Source of the DNA: an uncultured Bacteroidota bacterium
Lineage (GTDB): Bacteria > Bacteroidota > Rhodothermia > Balneolales > HLUCCA01
Assembly (NCBI GenBank): GCA_947085565.1
Contig: CAMTWZ010000007.1
Coordinates: 18,260-82,259 of the forward strand
Length of the DNA: 64,000 nucleotides
Direction of reading: 5' to 3'
The first letter of the stretch is position 1, and each line of letters opens with the position of its first letter. The position numbers and the translations under genes are program-made. Shown here one piece after another: positions 63,247-64,000 of this stretch. The notes below the pieces were generated by a model. It saw only the letters and a list, made by a program, of their open reading frames with translations. It searched no databases and was not told where the DNA came from.

Positions 63247-64000
63247 TCATCGGATGGTGGCGCATTTCAGTTCGTGGGTCATCGCGTGTTCGGCGTTGGC
63301 GCGGAAATCACCGAAGGAAGCGTTCCTGTAGGCGTCACACGAAGCCGAGAAATTGCCTTTGAATTTGAGTGCGTTTGCGAGTTCGAACCAGATGCGGGCG
63401 CGATCCACAGGGCCGCCTTTCTCGAGAACCAAAGCGCGGTTGGCGCTCTCGATGGCTTTGTCGAACTCCGCCTGGAGATTGTACACCTCGGCCAATCGGT
63501 AATGCAATTCAGGATCTTCGTCTTTGTATTCGATGGCTTGTTTGAGGAACGCGACCGCCTCAGGGTATTTTTTGGCTTCTTTCATGATAGCTGCCGAAGA
63601 AAGCAGGTAATTTCGTGCCGCGTTGGTGGCAGCATCCAGGATCTGGTTGTTCTTGGCGGCTCCGGCGAGTTGGATAGCGCGGTCGAACTGAACCAAGGCC
63701 TCTTCGCCACGGGCCAAACCGCGAAGCGCCAAACCTTTGTTGTAATACGCTTGCGCGAAGGTTGGCTGCACGGAGATAGTTTTGTCATAAAGTTCGATGG
63801 CGCGCTCATGATCTTTGGCCTGAAGGGCTTGGTTACCTGCGGTGTAGTAGGCTTGCAACAGGCCTTGCTGGGCGCGCTGCGCGAAGTTCGTGTTATTGTA
63901 TTTGCGCGATTCAGCGATGGTTTTCTCGAAAGCGGTCGCCGCCTCAAGCATTTTTCCTTCGCGAGCCAAACCAACGGAATAGGCGAAATGAAGTTGTGGG
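63247..64000 (-). CDS. Tetratricopeptide-repeat protein, C-terminal part (frame stays open to the right edge)
   Basis: The track lists 63247..63969, but the frame upstream of the TTG is open to position 64000 (…PQLHFAYSVGLAREGK…). Repeated 34-aa A/Y/L-rich TPR units are present (…AYYNKGLALRGLARGEEALVQFDRAI…). Confidence 0.7.
   Translation of the reverse strand, partial: PQLHFAYSVGLAREGKMLEAATAFEKTIAESRKYNNTNFAQRAQQGLLQAYYTAGNQALQAKDHERAIELYDKTISVQPTFAQAYYNKGLALRGLARGEEALVQFDRAIQLAGAAKNNQILDAATNAARNYLLSSAAIMKEAKKYPEAVAFLKQAIEYKDEDPELHYRLAEVYNLQAEFDKAIESANRALVLEKGGPVDRARIWFELANALKFKGNFSASCDAYRNASFGDFRANAEHAMTHELKCATIR

Overview
This is a gene-dense 64-kb chromosomal segment with about 55 protein genes. 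I found no rRNA, tRNA, CRISPR array, transposase or integrase. The genome is moderately GC-rich. Gene order and protein families suggest the FCB group (Bacteroidota / Rhodothermota / Ignavibacteriota-like): a separate atpDC pair, acpP-fabF-rnc, a 57-aa 'histone H1'-type protein, and SPOR/TPR/beta-barrel envelope proteins. I cannot verify the taxon without a database.

Most of the window is housekeeping:
- ltaE, hbd, lysA.
- A plus-strand operon with cell-wall-recycling flavour: Ntn acylase, BadF-type sugar kinase, GH3::beta-lactamase-fold fusion, cdd.
- An HD phosphohydrolase.
- The canonical yceD-rpmF-plsX-fabHDG-acpP-fabF cluster, continuing without a break into rnc-ilvE-thyA-folA.
- dck-pgi-pfkA, ispB, lpxH, mrcA, atpDC, rsmB, valS, uvrD/pcrA, lon, rsgA, polA, a PP2C phosphatase and tkt.

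The non-housekeeping content falls into four groups:
1. 15.2-24.9 kb is the best candidate for an undescribed system. A CHASE3 hybrid kinase, a REC-kinase, a stand-alone receiver and a TM+HEAT-repeat protein are translationally coupled to a processive GT2 synthase carrying two C-terminal SPOR-like domains. This block converges, stop codon on stop codon, on a FecR-like/FN3-like protein and a TPR+beta-barrel outer-membrane protein.
2. 41.0-42.6 kb is an AT-rich islet wedged between mrcA and atpC. It holds an orphan RHS-core tip fused to a C-terminal toxin domain (HELVGHGH), followed by a small membrane protein that is a candidate immunity protein.
3. A family of intergenic repeats is built from 7-nt tandem units. 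Six loci carry it, and the arms are sometimes arranged as inverted pairs.
4. There is also a 176-bp nested palindrome and an AT-rich 14-mer array.

Many ORFs of 290 aa or more in the track are antisense shadows of real genes and are rejected.
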